From the NCBI GenBank assembly GCA_963726495.1, contig CAVSCP010000009.1:157112-221111 (forward strand): 64,000 nucleotides of DNA. The letters run 5' to 3'. Position numbers and translations under genes: made by a program. Positions 46,078 through 57,864 of this stretch are shown here, one piece after another. The DNA is from an uncultured Acidimicrobiales bacterium (GTDB lineage Bacteria > Actinomycetota > Acidimicrobiia > Acidimicrobiales > DATKAS01). How positions within the stretch are numbered: position 1 is the stretch's first letter; each line of letters opens with the position of its first letter. The notes below the pieces were generated by a model. The model ran no database searches and had not been told where the DNA came from. It was given only the letters and a program-made list of their open reading frames with translations.

Positions 46078-47998
46078 TCAGCCGGCGGGGCGCTCCACGA
46101 GCAGGTTCGGGGAGGGCTGGTCGCGCACGAGCGTGTGGTACAGCTCGGAGTACAGGCCTCCGGCGGCGAGCAGCTCGTCGTGGCTGCCGCGCTCGATGAT
46201 GCGGCCGTCGTCGACGACGAGGATCTCGTCCGCGTTCGTGATCGTCGACAGCCGGTGCGCGATCACGATCGAGGTGCGACCGCTCAGCGCGGCGTCGAGC
46301 GCGGCCTGCACGAGGGACTCGTTCTCGGAGTCGAGGTGGCTCGTCGCCTCGTCGAGGATCACGATCGCCGGGCTCTTCAGCAGCATGCGCGCGATCGCGA
46401 TCCGCTGCTTCTCGCCACCGGAGAGCCGGTAGCCGCGCTCGCCGACGAGGGTGTCGTAGCCGTCGGGCAGCGCGGCGATCACGTCGTGGATCTGCGCGGC
46501 GCGGCACGCAGCCTCGAGCTCGGCCTGCGTGGCCGACGGCTTCGCGTACCGCAGGTTGTCGGCCACTGATTCATGGAAGAGATGCGGGTCCTGCGCGACC
46601 ACTCCGATCGCGGCGCGCAACGAGTGCTGCGTCAGCTGGCGCACGTCGTGCCCGTCGACGAGCACCGCTCCGCTGGTCACGTCGTAGAGCCGCGGGACGA
46701 GGGACGCGAGCGTCGTCTTGCCCGCGCCGCTCGGCCCGACCAGTGCGATGAGGCGGCCCGGCTCGATGATGCGCGGAGACGTGGTGGAGCACCTCGACGC
46801 CGGCATCGCCGTCGAGCACCGGCACACTGCCGTCGGCCTGGGCGCCGCCGACCTCGAGCGTCGCGACCGACACCGAAGCTCCCGCGGGATAGCGGAACGT
46901 GACGTCGTCGAACTCGACGCGACCGACCGGATCGACGAGGTCGAACGCGCCGGGTGAGTCCTCGAGGGGGTTCGGCGCGTCGAGCACCTCGAAGACCCGC
47001 TCGAACGACACGAGCGCGGTCATGACGTCGACGCGGGCGTTGGTGAGGCTCGTGAGCGGTCCGTAGACACGCCCCACGTATGCGGCGAGCGCGACGAGCG
47101 TGCCGATCGTGATCGTCCCCGAGATCACCATCTGCGCGCCGAGGCCGTAGATCACGGCGGTGCCGATCGCCGCGACGAGGCCGAGGGCGACGAAGAACAC
47201 TCGGCCGTACATGGCGCTCTTGATGCCCATGTCGCGCACCCGGCTCGCACGGTTCGAGAACGACTCGGCCTCGGCGTCGGGGTCGCCATAGAGCTTCACG
47301 AGCATGGCGCCGCTGACGTTGAACCGCTCGGTCATCGTCGTGTTCATCGACGAGTTGAGGTTCATCTGCTCACGCGTGATGACCTGCAGCTTGCGGCCGA
47401 CCCTCTTGGCCGGGATCACGAAGATCGGCAGCACCAGCAGCGCGATGAAGGTGAGCCGCCACTCGAGGGCGATCATCGCGACGAGCGTCAGCGCGAGCGT
47501 GATCACGTTCGAGACGACGGTGCCGAGCGTGCCGGTCACCGCGCTCTGCGCGCCGATCACGTCGTTGTTCATCCGGCTGATGAGCGCGCCGGTCTGGGTG
47601 CGTGTGAAGAACGCGATGGGTTGACGCTGCACGCGGTCGAACAGCGCGGAGCGCAGCTCGTAGATCAGGCCTTCGCCGATCCGTGCCGACCACCAGCGCT
47701 GGGCGACCGACAGGATCGCGTCGCCGAGCGCGGCGAGCACGGTGAGGCCGGCGAGGATCCAGACCTGCCGGCGATCGCCCGACGGGATCGCGTTGTCGAG
47801 CATCGACCGCAGCAGCAGCGGCGGCGCGAGCACCAGGATCGCGTCGAGCACGATCGTGGCGAGGAAGCCGATGATCATGATCCGGTAGGGCCGCGCGAAC
47901 ACCCAGGCGCGCTTGAGGATCTGCGTGTCGACCTTCGACCCGGCAATGTTCTCGGGGTCGTGGCCGAGCATCCCGTGAGGGCCACCCATCATGCGCAC
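46078..47998 (-). CDS. ABC exporter, fused permease/ATPase (indel near 46772)
   Basis: TM domain, GPSGAGKT, LSGGEKQR, ILDEATSHLD, IAHRLST. Confidence 0.9.
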
Positions 47999-48056
47999 TG
48001 GTTTGGAGGCTACGGCCCGCGATCTCAGGCTCCACGGCCGCCCCTACCATCAGCGG

Positions 48057-49586
48057 GTGCGCCGGCTCGTCTTCCTCGTTGCCGCCGCGCTCGTGCTCGC
48101 GGCGTGCGGATCGAGCGATGACAGCGGCAGTGCGGCGACCACCGGCGCGTGCACGACGACGGCGCAGCGACGACCGCAGACGACGTCGACCACCGAGACG
48201 AGTGCGGCCGCTGCCGCGTCCACGCTCGACTGGAAGTCGTGTCCCGACGCGGGAGCGCGCATCGAGTGCGCGACGCTGACCGTCCCGATCGACTACGAGA
48301 ATGCGTCGGGCGGAACGATCGACCTCGCGCTCATGCGCCTGCCTGCCAGCAAGAAGTCGGAGCGCGTCGGGTCGATGCTCGTGAACCCCGGTGGCCCTGG
48401 CGTGCCCGGCACCGAGCTCATCCCGGCGGCGACGTCGATCTGGCCGAAGGACATCCGTGACCGGTTCGACATCGTGGCCTGGGATCCGCGGGGCACCGGC
48501 GGCAGCGCTCCCGTCGACTGCGTGGCCGACGTCGACCGCTACTTCGCCGAGCCCGATCCGTCGCCCGACACGCCCGCCGAGAAGCAGGAGCTCGTCGACC
48601 GGGCCCAAGAGTTCGACAACGCGTGCGAGAAGGCCGACGGCCCGATGCTCGCCCACATCTCGACCGTCGACACCGCCAACGACCTCGAACGCATCCGCCA
48701 GGCGCTCGGCGAGGACACGATCACGTACTTCGGGTTCTCGTACGGCAGCGAGCTCGGCGCGACCTACGCGACGTTGTTCGGGAAGCACATCAGGGCGATG
48801 GTGCTCGACGGCGCGATCGACCCCGACCTCGACGGCGTCGAGACCGCGCACGCGCAGGCGGTCGGGGCCGAGCACGCGCTCGACTCGTTCCTGGCCGACT
48901 GCTCCTCCCATCGCACGTGCGCGTTCAACAACAACGGCAACGCGGAGGGCGCGTTCGACACGCTCATGGCGAAGCTCGACTCGAACCCTCTGCCGCCACC
49001 CGAGAAGGGTCGGCCAGAGGTCGGCCAGGGTGTCGCACTCAACGCCGTGATCCAGGCGCTGTACAGCGTTGACTTGTGGCCGTCGCTGGCCGAGGCGCTC
49101 AACGACGCACAGCACGGCAACGGCGACGGGCTGCTCGCGCTCAGCGACTCGTACCTCGAGCGCGAAGACAACGGCACCTGGAGCAACACGATCGAGGCGT
49201 TCATCGCGATCAGCTGCCTCGACGATCCGGTGCCGACCGACATCAACGCCTACGACGCGCTCGCCGAGCAGTTCGCGAAGGACGCGCCCCGCCTCGGTCG
49301 CTCGTTCGCCTACGGCTTCCAGTGCGCGCTGTGGCCGGTGCCGCCGCGGCCCGGGCCCAAGGCGACGGGCGCCGGCGCTCCCCCGATCCTCGTCGTCGGC
49401 ACGACCGGCGACCCGTTCACTCCCCTCGCGCAGAGCCAGCAGCTCGCGGACGCGCTCGAGAGCGGCGTGCTGCTCGTGCGTGAGGGCGAGGGCCACACCG
49501 CCTACGGCGAGGACAAGTGCGTCGACGACGCCATCGACGCGTACATCCTCGACCTCACCGTCCCCGCCGACGGCACCCGCTGCTGA
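48057..49586 (+). CDS. Secreted alpha/beta hydrolase (TAP-like peptidase S33) lipoprotein
   Basis: LAAC lipobox, VNPGGPG, DPRG, GFSYGS, DP.TP, GEGHTAY. Confidence 0.9.
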   Translation: MRRLVFLVAAALVLAACGSSDDSGSAATTGACTTTAQRRPQTTSTTETSAAAAASTLDWKSCPDAGARIECATLTVPIDYENASGGTIDLALMRLPASKKSERVGSMLVNPGGPGVPGTELIPAATSIWPKDIRDRFDIVAWDPRGTGGSAPVDCVADVDRYFAEPDPSPDTPAEKQELVDRAQEFDNACEKADGPMLAHISTVDTANDLERIRQALGEDTITYFGFSYGSELGATYATLFGKHIRAMVLDGAIDPDLDGVETAHAQAVGAEHALDSFLADCSSHRTCAFNNNGNAEGAFDTLMAKLDSNPLPPPEKGRPEVGQGVALNAVIQALYSVDLWPSLAEALNDAQHGNGDGLLALSDSYLEREDNGTWSNTIEAFIAISCLDDPVPTDINAYDALAEQFAKDAPRLGRSFAYGFQCALWPVPPRPGPKATGAGAPPILVVGTTGDPFTPLAQSQQLADALESGVLLVREGEGHTAYGEDKCVDDAIDAYILDLTVPADGTRC

Positions 49587-49595
49587 ACCGTTTCG

Positions 49596-50780
49596 TCAGG
49601 AGTTGAGGGCGGCGGCGAAGCGGCGGACGCCTTCGTCGAGCTCTTCGGGTGACGCAGTCGCGAAGCTCATGCGCAGCGTCGAGACATCGGGTGGCCCCGA
49701 GTAGAAGGGCTCGCCGGGCACGAAGGCCATGCCCTGCTCGACCGCCTTCGGGAGCAGCTCGGTCGCCGAGCGGCCGTCGGAGAGGCGGCCCCACAAGAAC
49801 ATGCCGCCGTCGGGACGTGTGAACGCGAACTGCTCGCCCACACGAGCGGCCAGACGAGTCTTCGAGCGCCTTCGCGCGAGTGCCGTACACGCGGACCAAC
49901 GCCTCGATGTGATCGGACAGCCATCCCCGCTCCGACACGAGCGCGCTCAGCAGCACTTGCCCCCAGCTCGACGTGTGCAGGTCGGCGCCTTGCTTCACCT
50001 TCGCGAGGTGCTCGCGCGCCCACGTCGGCGCGACGGCATACCCAACTCGCAGTCCGGGCACGACGAGCTTGGAGAACGTGCCGAGCGAGATCACGTTGTC
50101 GGACCACGACGCGATCGACGGCAGCTGCTCGCCCGCGAAGCGCAGCGCCCAGTAGGGATCGTCTTCGACGATGACGAAGCCGTACTTCTCGGCGAGCTCG
50201 GCGAGGTGCATCCGGCGTTCGAGCGAGAGCGTCGCACCGGTCGGGTTCTGGAAGTTGACGACGGTGTAGAGCACACGCGGCCGATGCCCGGCAACCAACA
50301 ACGACTCCAAAGCAGCGCTGTCGATGCCGTGCTCGTCGACCGGCACGGGAGCAACGCCGGCTCGAACACCTGCAGCGCCTGGATCGCCCCGATGTAGCCG
50401 GGTTCGTCGATCGCGACCTCGACGCCCGGGTCGACGAACACCTTCGACACGAGGTCGAGCGCCTGCTGCGACCCGTGGGTGATGAGCACCTGATCGGGGT
50501 CGACCTCGCGCCCGCGGCTCGCGGCCGCCTGCTCCGCGATCCACGCTCGCAGCTCGGGGAACCCCTCGGTCGTCGAGTACTGCAGCAACGACGTCGGGTC
50601 GTCGCGCAGCAACCGCGCGGTCACCGTCCGGATCTCGTCGACCGGGAACGCATCGGATGCGGGCAGCCCACCGGCCATCGAGATGACGTCGGGTCGTTGC
50701 GTGATCGCGAGCAGCTCGCGGATCGCGTTCGAGCGCAGATTGCCCATGCGGCCCGCGAGCGGGACCGGAGTCATGTCCAT
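49596..50780 (-). CDS. PLP-dependent aminotransferase class I/II (LysN-like; two indels)
   Basis: ISMAGGLP, GSQQALD, NFQNPTG, EDDPY, GTFSKL.PGLRVG, GGMF.W, LRMSF. Confidence 0.88.
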
Positions 50781-50850
50781 GTCAGAAGGATCACACGAGA
50801 TGGCTGGCCGAGGTCGTCGAGTTGGACTCGACGACCCCACCAGCCCTGGC

Positions 50851-52543
50851 TCATCGGGTCGCGAGCCCCCCAGCTCGCGCGCCGTCGATGTAGCCCTCGG
50901 ATGCGCTCCACGTGACCTCGCCGTCCACCAGCACCGTGTCCATGCCCGACCGAGTGACGGATCCAGCGGATGCCCCCGCCTGGGAAGTCGTCGGACGACG
51001 ACCTCCGGCCCGCGGCCGAGGGTGTCGGCGTCGAACACCACGACGTCGGCGTGGTAGCCCTCGCGGAGCAGGCCGCGCTCGGGGAGCCCCCAGATCGTCG
51101 CGGGGTCGAGCGTGATCTTCTTCACCGCCTCTTCGAGCCGCAGGGCGCCGGTCTCGCGCACGTACCGCGAGCACGAGGAAGCCGGTGTCGCCGTAGGTCG
51201 CGAACGAGCCGACGTGCGCGCCGCCGTCGCTCGCGCCGACGTGCACGTACGGATGGGCGAGCAGACCACCGACCGCGTCGGCGTCGCTGTGGCCGATGTC
51301 GGCGCGGATGAACCACGTGCCGAGGTCTTCCTCGACGGAGAGGTCGATGAGGAGGTCGCCGGGCGTGACCCCGCGCTCCCCGGCGATCTCGCCGAGCGTG
51401 CGGCCGACGAGGTCGCGGTTGCTGTCGAGCGCGACCTCGCGGACGACGAAGCCGCTCGGGTCGAGGCCGGCGTTCGGCACGCTCGCGAGCATGTTGATCG
51501 TGCCGGCGAGCGCGGCGCGCTTGTCGGGGTCGGCGAACGCGGCGAGCTTCTCTTCCTTCGTGGGCAGCGAGAGCACCGGCCACCAGCCCGGCAGCGCGAG
51601 GAACATGATGCTGCGCTGGTCGAGCGTCCAGCTGATGTCGATCGGGCGGGTCTGCACCTGCGGCCACACCCGCGCGCCCGCGGCCCACTCGCGCTCGACG
51701 GCTGCCATCACCTTGTCGCACGCCTCGGGCACGGCCTTGCTGTGGAAGATCGGCGAGAGCGTCGTCGGGATGCCGTGCTCGCGCGACAGCTTGCCGAGCA
51801 TCTCGACCCGCGACACGGTGAGCCCGGCGTCGAAGAACTCGTGGACGATCTGGAGCATGCGGCCGCGCTCGCCGAGCACCGCGCACAGCGCCTCGAGCTC
51901 GGAGTGCTCGGCCCAGCGGCACGGCACCGGGTTGAAGTCCTCCTCGATGTCGACGTAGCTCGTCGACATGCCGACCGCGCCGGCGTCGAGGCACTCGCGC
52001 AGCAGGTCGCACATCGCCGCGACCTCTTCTGCGGTCGCCGGCCGGCGCACGTCCTGCCCGAGCACTGCAGGCGCAGCACCGAGTGGCCGACGAGCGGCGC
52101 GAAGTTGAGCGCGAGGTTGCCCTTGCAGCGCGTCGACCATCCCGCCGAACGACTCGCCCCAGCGCCAGTCGACGCCCTGCGCGAACGCGGCCTCGGGCAT
52201 CTCCTCGATCAGGCGGAACATCCGCGAGAAGCGATCGCGCAGCGGCGCGGGCACGGGAGCGAGGCTCAGCGAGCAGTTGCCGGTGACGACCGACGTGATG
52301 CCGTGCTCGATCGCCGGGATAGGCGTACGGGTCGAAGCAGAGCTGCGCGTCGTAGTGCGTGTGCGGATCGATGAAGCCCGGCGTCACGACCTTGCCGGTC
52401 GCGTCGATGACCCGCGCCGCGTCGGCGAGCGTGCGGCCGACCGACACGATGCGGCCGCCCTTGATGCCGACGTCGCCGAGGTAGGCCGGGCAAGCCCGGA
52501 GCCGTCGACGATCTTGCCGCCGCGGATGACTGACGTCGAGCAT
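50851..52543 (-). CDS. N-acyl-D-amino-acid deacylase family amidohydrolase (several indels)
   Basis: [37 protein letters not shown]...G...RG.L..GY.ADVVVFD. Confidence 0.85.
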
Positions 52544-52786
52544 CAGAGCTCTGCTCTCGATGCTGGTTCGGGACCGAACAGCACGGTCCACGGTTGGCCT
52601 TCGAGATCTTCGAGGCGGTCGAGCGCCGGCGGCGTCGAGCGCGCGGGCCATCGCCTCCTCGGTGACGCTGAGGTGCGTGCGGGCGCCGTTCGGGTACGCG
52701 AGCTCGACCACGAGCTCGGCCCGGCCGTCGTGGCCTGCGGCGACCGAGGTCGCGGCGATGACCGGCGCGTCGGCTCGAGTCGTCAC
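52544..52786 (-). CDS. Small hypothetical protein (about 80 aa; one indel)
   Basis: [35 protein letters not shown]...; translationally coupled to both neighbours. Confidence 0.6.
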
Positions 52787-52996
52787 GGCAGCGGGGCCTC
52801 GACGTACACGATGTCGGTGGGCAGCAGCTCGCCCGGCGCGCCGATCGGGAACGGGCGCATCGCGAGATGGAGGTTCCACGACAGCAGCAGCTGCGCGCCG
52901 TCGTCGACGTCGGGCAGCACGCGCTTGGCGACCATGCCGATCGTCTCGCCCGGATCGGGGAAGACGTAACGTCGATTCCGGACTCGCGTCAGACAT
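52783..52996 (-). CDS. Small hypothetical protein with LysM-like pattern (about 70 aa; probable indel near start)
   Basis: [22 protein letters not shown]...LLSWNLHL...[14 protein letters not shown]. Confidence 0.6.
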
Positions 52997-54167
52997 CGAT
53001 CTTGAACAGCTGCCTGCAGTTGTCGCCGAGGAACTTGCGCCGGCTCTCGTCCGGGAACATCGACGCGAGCACGTCGAGGTCTTCGATGTACTCGGGCGTG
53101 TGGTCGGCGTGCGGGAAGTCGCTCGCCCACATGAACCGGTCGTCGCCGAACCGCTCGGCGAGCCACGGGATCGACCGCTCGTCGGGATCGCAGCTGATGT
53201 AGCAGCGCTCGGTGAAGTAGTAGGACGGCGGGTTCTCGAGCGGCACTCGCTGACCGATCGCGGTGTGGCCGAACACGCCGTCCATGCGGTCGAGCCAGTA
53301 GCCGAGCCAGCCGCCGCCCGACTCGAGCACGAGGATCTTCAGGCGCGGGAACTTGTCGAACACGCCGTAGTCGAAGAGCGTCGTGAACTGATGGCGCACG
53401 CCGTCGGACGCCTGCACCGACGCGGTGAGGCGCAGCTCGCGCACGTTCTCCCACGCGCCCATGCGGTTGCCCTTCGTCCACTGCGGCTCGAACGTCGGGT
53501 GGATCGCGAACGGCACGTCGTGGTCTTGCGCGGCTGCGAAGACGACGTCGTTGTCGGGATGCCCGAGCGGCTTCGCCGAGTGCGTGAACGGCGCGACGTA
53601 CACGCCTCGGGCGCCGTCGCCGACGGCACGAGCGAGCTCGTCGGCCGCACCCGCAGGATCACCGAGCGAGAGATGCGCGGCGGGCACGAGCCGGCCGCCG
53701 CTGTCGGAGCACCAGTCGCAGATCCACCGGTTGTACGCGCGGGTGTAGGCCTGCGAGAGCTCGGCGTCGTCGAGCTCGGCCTCCCACAGCAGACCGGTGG
53801 TCGTGTAGATGACCGCGGCGTCGATGTGCTCGGCGTCGAGCAGCTCGAGCCGCTCCTTCACGTCGGTCGAGCCGTAGGCGGCGTGGTTGTCGTAGGTGAC
53901 CTCGGGATCGCGGGCCATCTGGGCGAGGTCCATGCGGCCCATCGCGGCGAGCGTCGACGGCATCCCGCGGCGCGCCATCATCGAGCGCTTGCCGTCGATC
54001 TCGAGCTCGTCGAGGCCGCGGTCGTCCTTCGCGATGCGCAGCGCGCGGTCGCGGTACTTCGGCTCGAGGTAGCGCTCCCACAGGTCGGACGGCTCGAGGA
54101 TGTGGCCGTCGGCATCGACGGCGCCGTCGTAGGACAGCCGATGGGTGTCATGCAGCGCCTCGTGCAT
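52989..54167 (-). CDS. Amidohydrolase family protein (Amidohydro_2)
   Basis: [45 protein letters not shown]. Confidence 0.9.
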   Translation of the reverse strand: MHEALHDTHRLSYDGAVDADGHILEPSDLWERYLEPKYRDRALRIAKDDRGLDELEIDGKRSMMARRGMPSTLAAMGRMDLAQMARDPEVTYDNHAAYGSTDVKERLELLDAEHIDAAVIYTTTGLLWEAELDDAELSQAYTRAYNRWICDWCSDSGGRLVPAAHLSLGDPAGAADELARAVGDGARGVYVAPFTHSAKPLGHPDNDVVFAAAQDHDVPFAIHPTFEPQWTKGNRMGAWENVRELRLTASVQASDGVRHQFTTLFDYGVFDKFPRLKILVLESGGGWLGYWLDRMDGVFGHTAIGQRVPLENPPSYYFTERCYISCDPDERSIPWLAERFGDDRFMWASDFPHADHTPEYIEDLDVLASMFPDESRRKFLGDNCRQLFKIDV

Positions 54168-54190
54168 CAGGGCCAGCCTCACAGCGACCC

Positions 54191-54269
54191 GACACCACTG
54201 TCAACTTCCCTGGCGCGATGGGTGCTGCGCCTTGACACCGGGCCTCTGCTCGCTTCGACACGCGTGTCG
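54191..54269. promoter_or_regulatory. Divergent promoter region with two GACA-N4-TGTC inverted repeats (candidate TetR operators)
   Basis: GACA-ccac-TGTC at 54191-54202; CGACACGCGTGTCG at 54256-54269; TTGACA on both strands (54204-54199 minus, 54232-54237 plus). Confidence 0.55.
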
Positions 54270-54293
54270 GGTTCTGCGAAACTCCGGCCCGGA

Positions 54294-54911
54294 ATGGCCA
54301 CGGAGCGAGCGACCGCCAGGACCGCGCGGGGCGAGGAGACCCGGCGCGCCCTGCTCGACGCCGCCGAACGCCTCTTCGCCGAGAACGGCTACCACGCGAC
54401 GAGCGTCCCCGACATCGTCAAGGCGGCCGGCGTCGGACACGGCACGTTCTACGAGTACTTCGGCAGCCGCCACCAGATCCTGCTCGCGCTCACGCAGCAG
54501 GCCCTTGCCTCGCAGCAGCGCCGGCCGAAGCTCGCGAGCCAGACGCTGGCCGAGCGGATCCGGTCCGAGATCTTCTGGTACCTGTCCGACCACGTCGAGC
54601 ACCTGACGCTGTCGAAGGTCTGGCACGAGGCGTCGAGCTTCGACGACGAGATCGCGACGGCCCGGCGCGTCGAACGCGCCCGCCGCGTCGCCCGTGTGAA
54701 GCGGGGCATCGAGGAGGCCGGCCCGCGTCCCGGCATCGACCCGGACGTCGCGGCGACCGCGCTGAACGCGATGCTCGAGGAGTTCGCGCACCGGTGGTTC
54801 GTCGAGGGTCTCGGTCCCGGCACCAGCGCGGCCGACGTCGTCGCCGCGTCAGAGACGTTGACGACGATCTGGCTCGCTGCGATCGGCCTGTCTGACAAGG
54901 GGGATGCATGA
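54294..54911 (+). CDS. TetR/AcrR family transcriptional regulator
   Basis: TRRALLDAAERLFAENGYHATSVPDIVKAAGVGHGTFYEYF. Confidence 0.93.
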   Translation: MATERATARTARGEETRRALLDAAERLFAENGYHATSVPDIVKAAGVGHGTFYEYFGSRHQILLALTQQALASQQRRPKLASQTLAERIRSEIFWYLSDHVEHLTLSKVWHEASSFDDEIATARRVERARRVARVKRGIEEAGPRPGIDPDVAATALNAMLEEFAHRWFVEGLGPGTSAADVVAASETLTTIWLAAIGLSDKGDA

Positions 54912-56548
54912 GCGATCTCTTCGAGATCGTCGAGGAGGACGTGCGGGGCACGCCGACGCGTGTGTTCAAGGGCGCCCCTCCGTCGCTGCGTGCGGTCTGG
55001 CTCGCGAGCGCGGTGCACGGCGACAAGACCTTCCTCGTCTACAACGACGAGCGCTACTCGTTCGGCGAGTCGCACCGCATCGTCAACGCGCTCGCCCAGC
55101 GCCTCGGCACCTATGGCGTGCAGCCCGGCGATCGCGTCGCGATCGCGATGCGGAACTACCCCGAGTGGGCGTTCGCGTTCTGGGCCGCGATCGCGGTCGG
55201 CGCCGTCGTGGTCCCGCTCAACGCGTGGTGGACCGGTCCCGAGCTCGCCTACGGCCTGACCGACTCGGGCAGCGTCGTGCTCTTCGCCGACGAGGAGCGC
55301 GCCGAGCGGCTCGCACCGCTGCTCGGCCAGACGACCGTGCGCCAGGTCGTGCTCGCCCGCACCGAGCGCTACATGCCGAACGCCGAGACGTTCGCCGACG
55401 CCCTCGGAGAGCTCGACGTCGCGGCATTGCCTGACATCGCCGTCGAGCCCGACGACGACGCGACGATCATGTACACGTCGGGCACGACGGGGAAGCCGAA
55501 GGGCGCCGTCGCGACGCACCGCAACTTCATGGCGTTCCTCATGAACCTCATGTACCGGCAGACGATGGCGGCGATCGCGAACCCACCGAGCGCCGACGCG
55601 CCGCCTCCCCTGCCGCCCTCGACCCTCCTGACGTTCCCGTTGTTCCACGTCGGAGGGCTGCAGTCGGCGCTGATGGTCTACGCCGCGTTCGGCGGCAAGA
55701 TCGTGCTGATGTACAAGTGGGACGCGGTCGAGGCGGTCGACATCATCGAGCGGGAAGACGTGACGGCCGTGGCTGGCGTGCCGACGACGATGTTCCAGCT
55801 GCTCGAGGTCGCGCACGCACAAGGACGCGAGCTGCCGTCGCTCGCGAGCGTGTCGTCGGGCGCGACGTTGGTGCCGCCCGAGCTCGTGCGGCGCATCGAC
55901 AGCCAGCTCGCGTCGCGGGCCGCGCCGACGAACGGCTACGGGCTCACCGAGACCTCGGGCGCCGCCATCGCGAACGGGGGCAAGGCCTACATCGACCGGC
56001 CCGACAGCGTCGGCACCGTCATCTCTCCCGTCATCGAGGTGAAGATCGTCGGGGCCGACGGCACCGACCTCGCAACCGGAGAGGTCGGCGAGATCTGGCT
56101 GAAGGGGCCGACGGTCGTACGCGGCTACTTCAACAACCCCGAGGCGACGGCCGCGGCCTTCAAGGACGGATGGTTCGCGACCGGTGACCTCGGCCGGCTC
56201 GACGACGAGGGCTACCTGTATGTCGTCGATCGGTTGAAGGACGTCATCATCCGCGGCGGAGAGAACATCTACGCGGCCGAGGTCGAGGCCGCGCTGTACG
56301 AGCACCCCGACATCACCGAGGCCGCGATCATCGGCATCCCGGACGAGCGCCTCGGCGAGGAGGTCGGCGCAGTGGTGCGCGTGCGCGACGGCGCCGGCCT
56401 CACCGAAGACGACATCCGCACCCACGTGCGCGAGCGCCTCGCCTCGTTCAAGGTGCCGACACGGATCTGGATCACCAACGAAGAGCTGCCGCGCAACGCG
56501 GCGGGCAAGGTGCTGAAGCGCGAGCTCCGCGAGACGCTCGCCGTCTGA
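54908..56548 (+). CDS. Acyl-CoA synthetase (AMP-forming)
   Basis: YTSGTTGKPKG, GYGLTET, TGDLG, DRLKDVIIRGGEN, LPRNAAGK. Confidence 0.93.
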   Translation: MSDLFEIVEEDVRGTPTRVFKGAPPSLRAVWLASAVHGDKTFLVYNDERYSFGESHRIVNALAQRLGTYGVQPGDRVAIAMRNYPEWAFAFWAAIAVGAVVVPLNAWWTGPELAYGLTDSGSVVLFADEERAERLAPLLGQTTVRQVVLARTERYMPNAETFADALGELDVAALPDIAVEPDDDATIMYTSGTTGKPKGAVATHRNFMAFLMNLMYRQTMAAIANPPSADAPPPLPPSTLLTFPLFHVGGLQSALMVYAAFGGKIVLMYKWDAVEAVDIIEREDVTAVAGVPTTMFQLLEVAHAQGRELPSLASVSSGATLVPPELVRRIDSQLASRAAPTNGYGLTETSGAAIANGGKAYIDRPDSVGTVISPVIEVKIVGADGTDLATGEVGEIWLKGPTVVRGYFNNPEATAAAFKDGWFATGDLGRLDDEGYLYVVDRLKDVIIRGGENIYAAEVEAALYEHPDITEAAIIGIPDERLGEEVGAVVRVRDGAGLTEDDIRTHVRERLASFKVPTRIWITNEELPRNAAGKVLKRELRETLAV

Positions 56549-56563
56549 CTGAAAGGGCACACC

Positions 56564-57864
56564 GTGGACTTCGACATCCCGAAGGATCTGGCCGACTACC
56601 TCGACGAGCTCGACGAGTTCATCGAGCGCGAGATCAAGCCGCTCGAGCAGGAGAACGACAACATCCGGTTCTTCGACCATCGACGCGAGGACGCGCGCAC
56701 CGACTGGGAGCGAGGCGGCCTGCCGAACCACGAGTGGGAGCTGCTGCTGCGCGAGGCGAGGCGCCGAGCCGACGCCGCGGGCCACTACCGCTACCCGTTC
56801 CCGAAGGAGTACGGCGGCAAGGAGGGCACGAACCTCGGCATGGCCGTGATCCGCGAGCACCTCGCCCGCAAGGGCCTCGGCCTGCACTGCGACCTGCAGA
56901 ACGAGCACACGATCGTCGGCAACAACGTCGGCCTGCTCCTCATGATCAAGTACGGCACCGAGCGAGCAGAAGGCGGAGTGGATCGACGACCTCGCCGAAC
57001 GGTCGCGGCGGCTTCGCGTTCGGCATCACCGAGCCCGAGCACGGCTCCGACGCGACGTGGATGGACACGCACGCCGAGCGCGACGGCGACGAGTGGGTGA
57101 TCAACGGCGAGAAGACCTGGAACACCGGCATCCATGCCGCGCAGTACGACCTGATCTTCGCCCGCACGAGCGGCAAGGCGGGCGACGGCATGGGCATCAC
57201 CGCGTTCCTCGTGCCGACCGAACAGCCCGGGCTTCGAGGTGCTCGAGTTCCTCTGGACGTTCAACATGCCGACCGACCACGCGCACATCCGGCTGACCGA
57301 ACGTGCGCGTGCCCGACAGCTCCATCTTCGGCGGCGAGGGCCGCGGCCTGCAGGTCGTGCAGCACTTCTTCAACGAGAACCGCATCCGCCAAGCCGCTTC
57401 GAGCCTCGGTGCGGCTGAGTTCTGCATCGACGAGGCCGTGAAGTACGCGAACCAGCGGGCGCCGTTCGGCAAGAAGCTCTCGACCAACCAGGCGATCCAG
57501 TTCCCGCTCGTCGAGCTGTCACACGCAGTGCGAGATGCTGCGCGTGCTGATCCAGAAGACCGCGTGGTCGATGGACAAGTACGGCGCGTTCTCGCAGTCC
57601 GACAAGGTCTCGATGTGCAACTACTGGGCCAACCGGCTGTGCTGCGAGGCGGCTGATCGTGCGATGCAGGTGCACGGCGGCATGGGGTACTCGCGGCACA
57701 AGCCGTTCGAGCACATCTATCGCCACCATCGCCGCTACCGCATCACCGAAGGCAGCGAGGAGATCCAGATGCGCCGCGTCGCCGGCTACCTGTTCGGCTT
57801 CATGAGCCAGCAGGCGCCGAAGGGCGTGGACGAGAGCAGCGCGGCGGCCGCCGCAGCGCGATGA
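56564..57864 (+). CDS. Acyl-CoA dehydrogenase (several indels)
   Basis: FGITEPEHGSD, WVINGEKTW, R..FGK.L...QAIQF, AMQVHGG.GY, RITEGSEEIQ. Confidence 0.9.

Noticed and set aside
52560-54911. Long Arg/Ala-rich ORFs overlapping real genes (also 35088..37073, 47370..49496, 54449..56908 and many others)
   Set aside because: Shadow ORFs or over-extended starts expected in high-GC DNA; no family motifs outside the parts that coincide with real genes.
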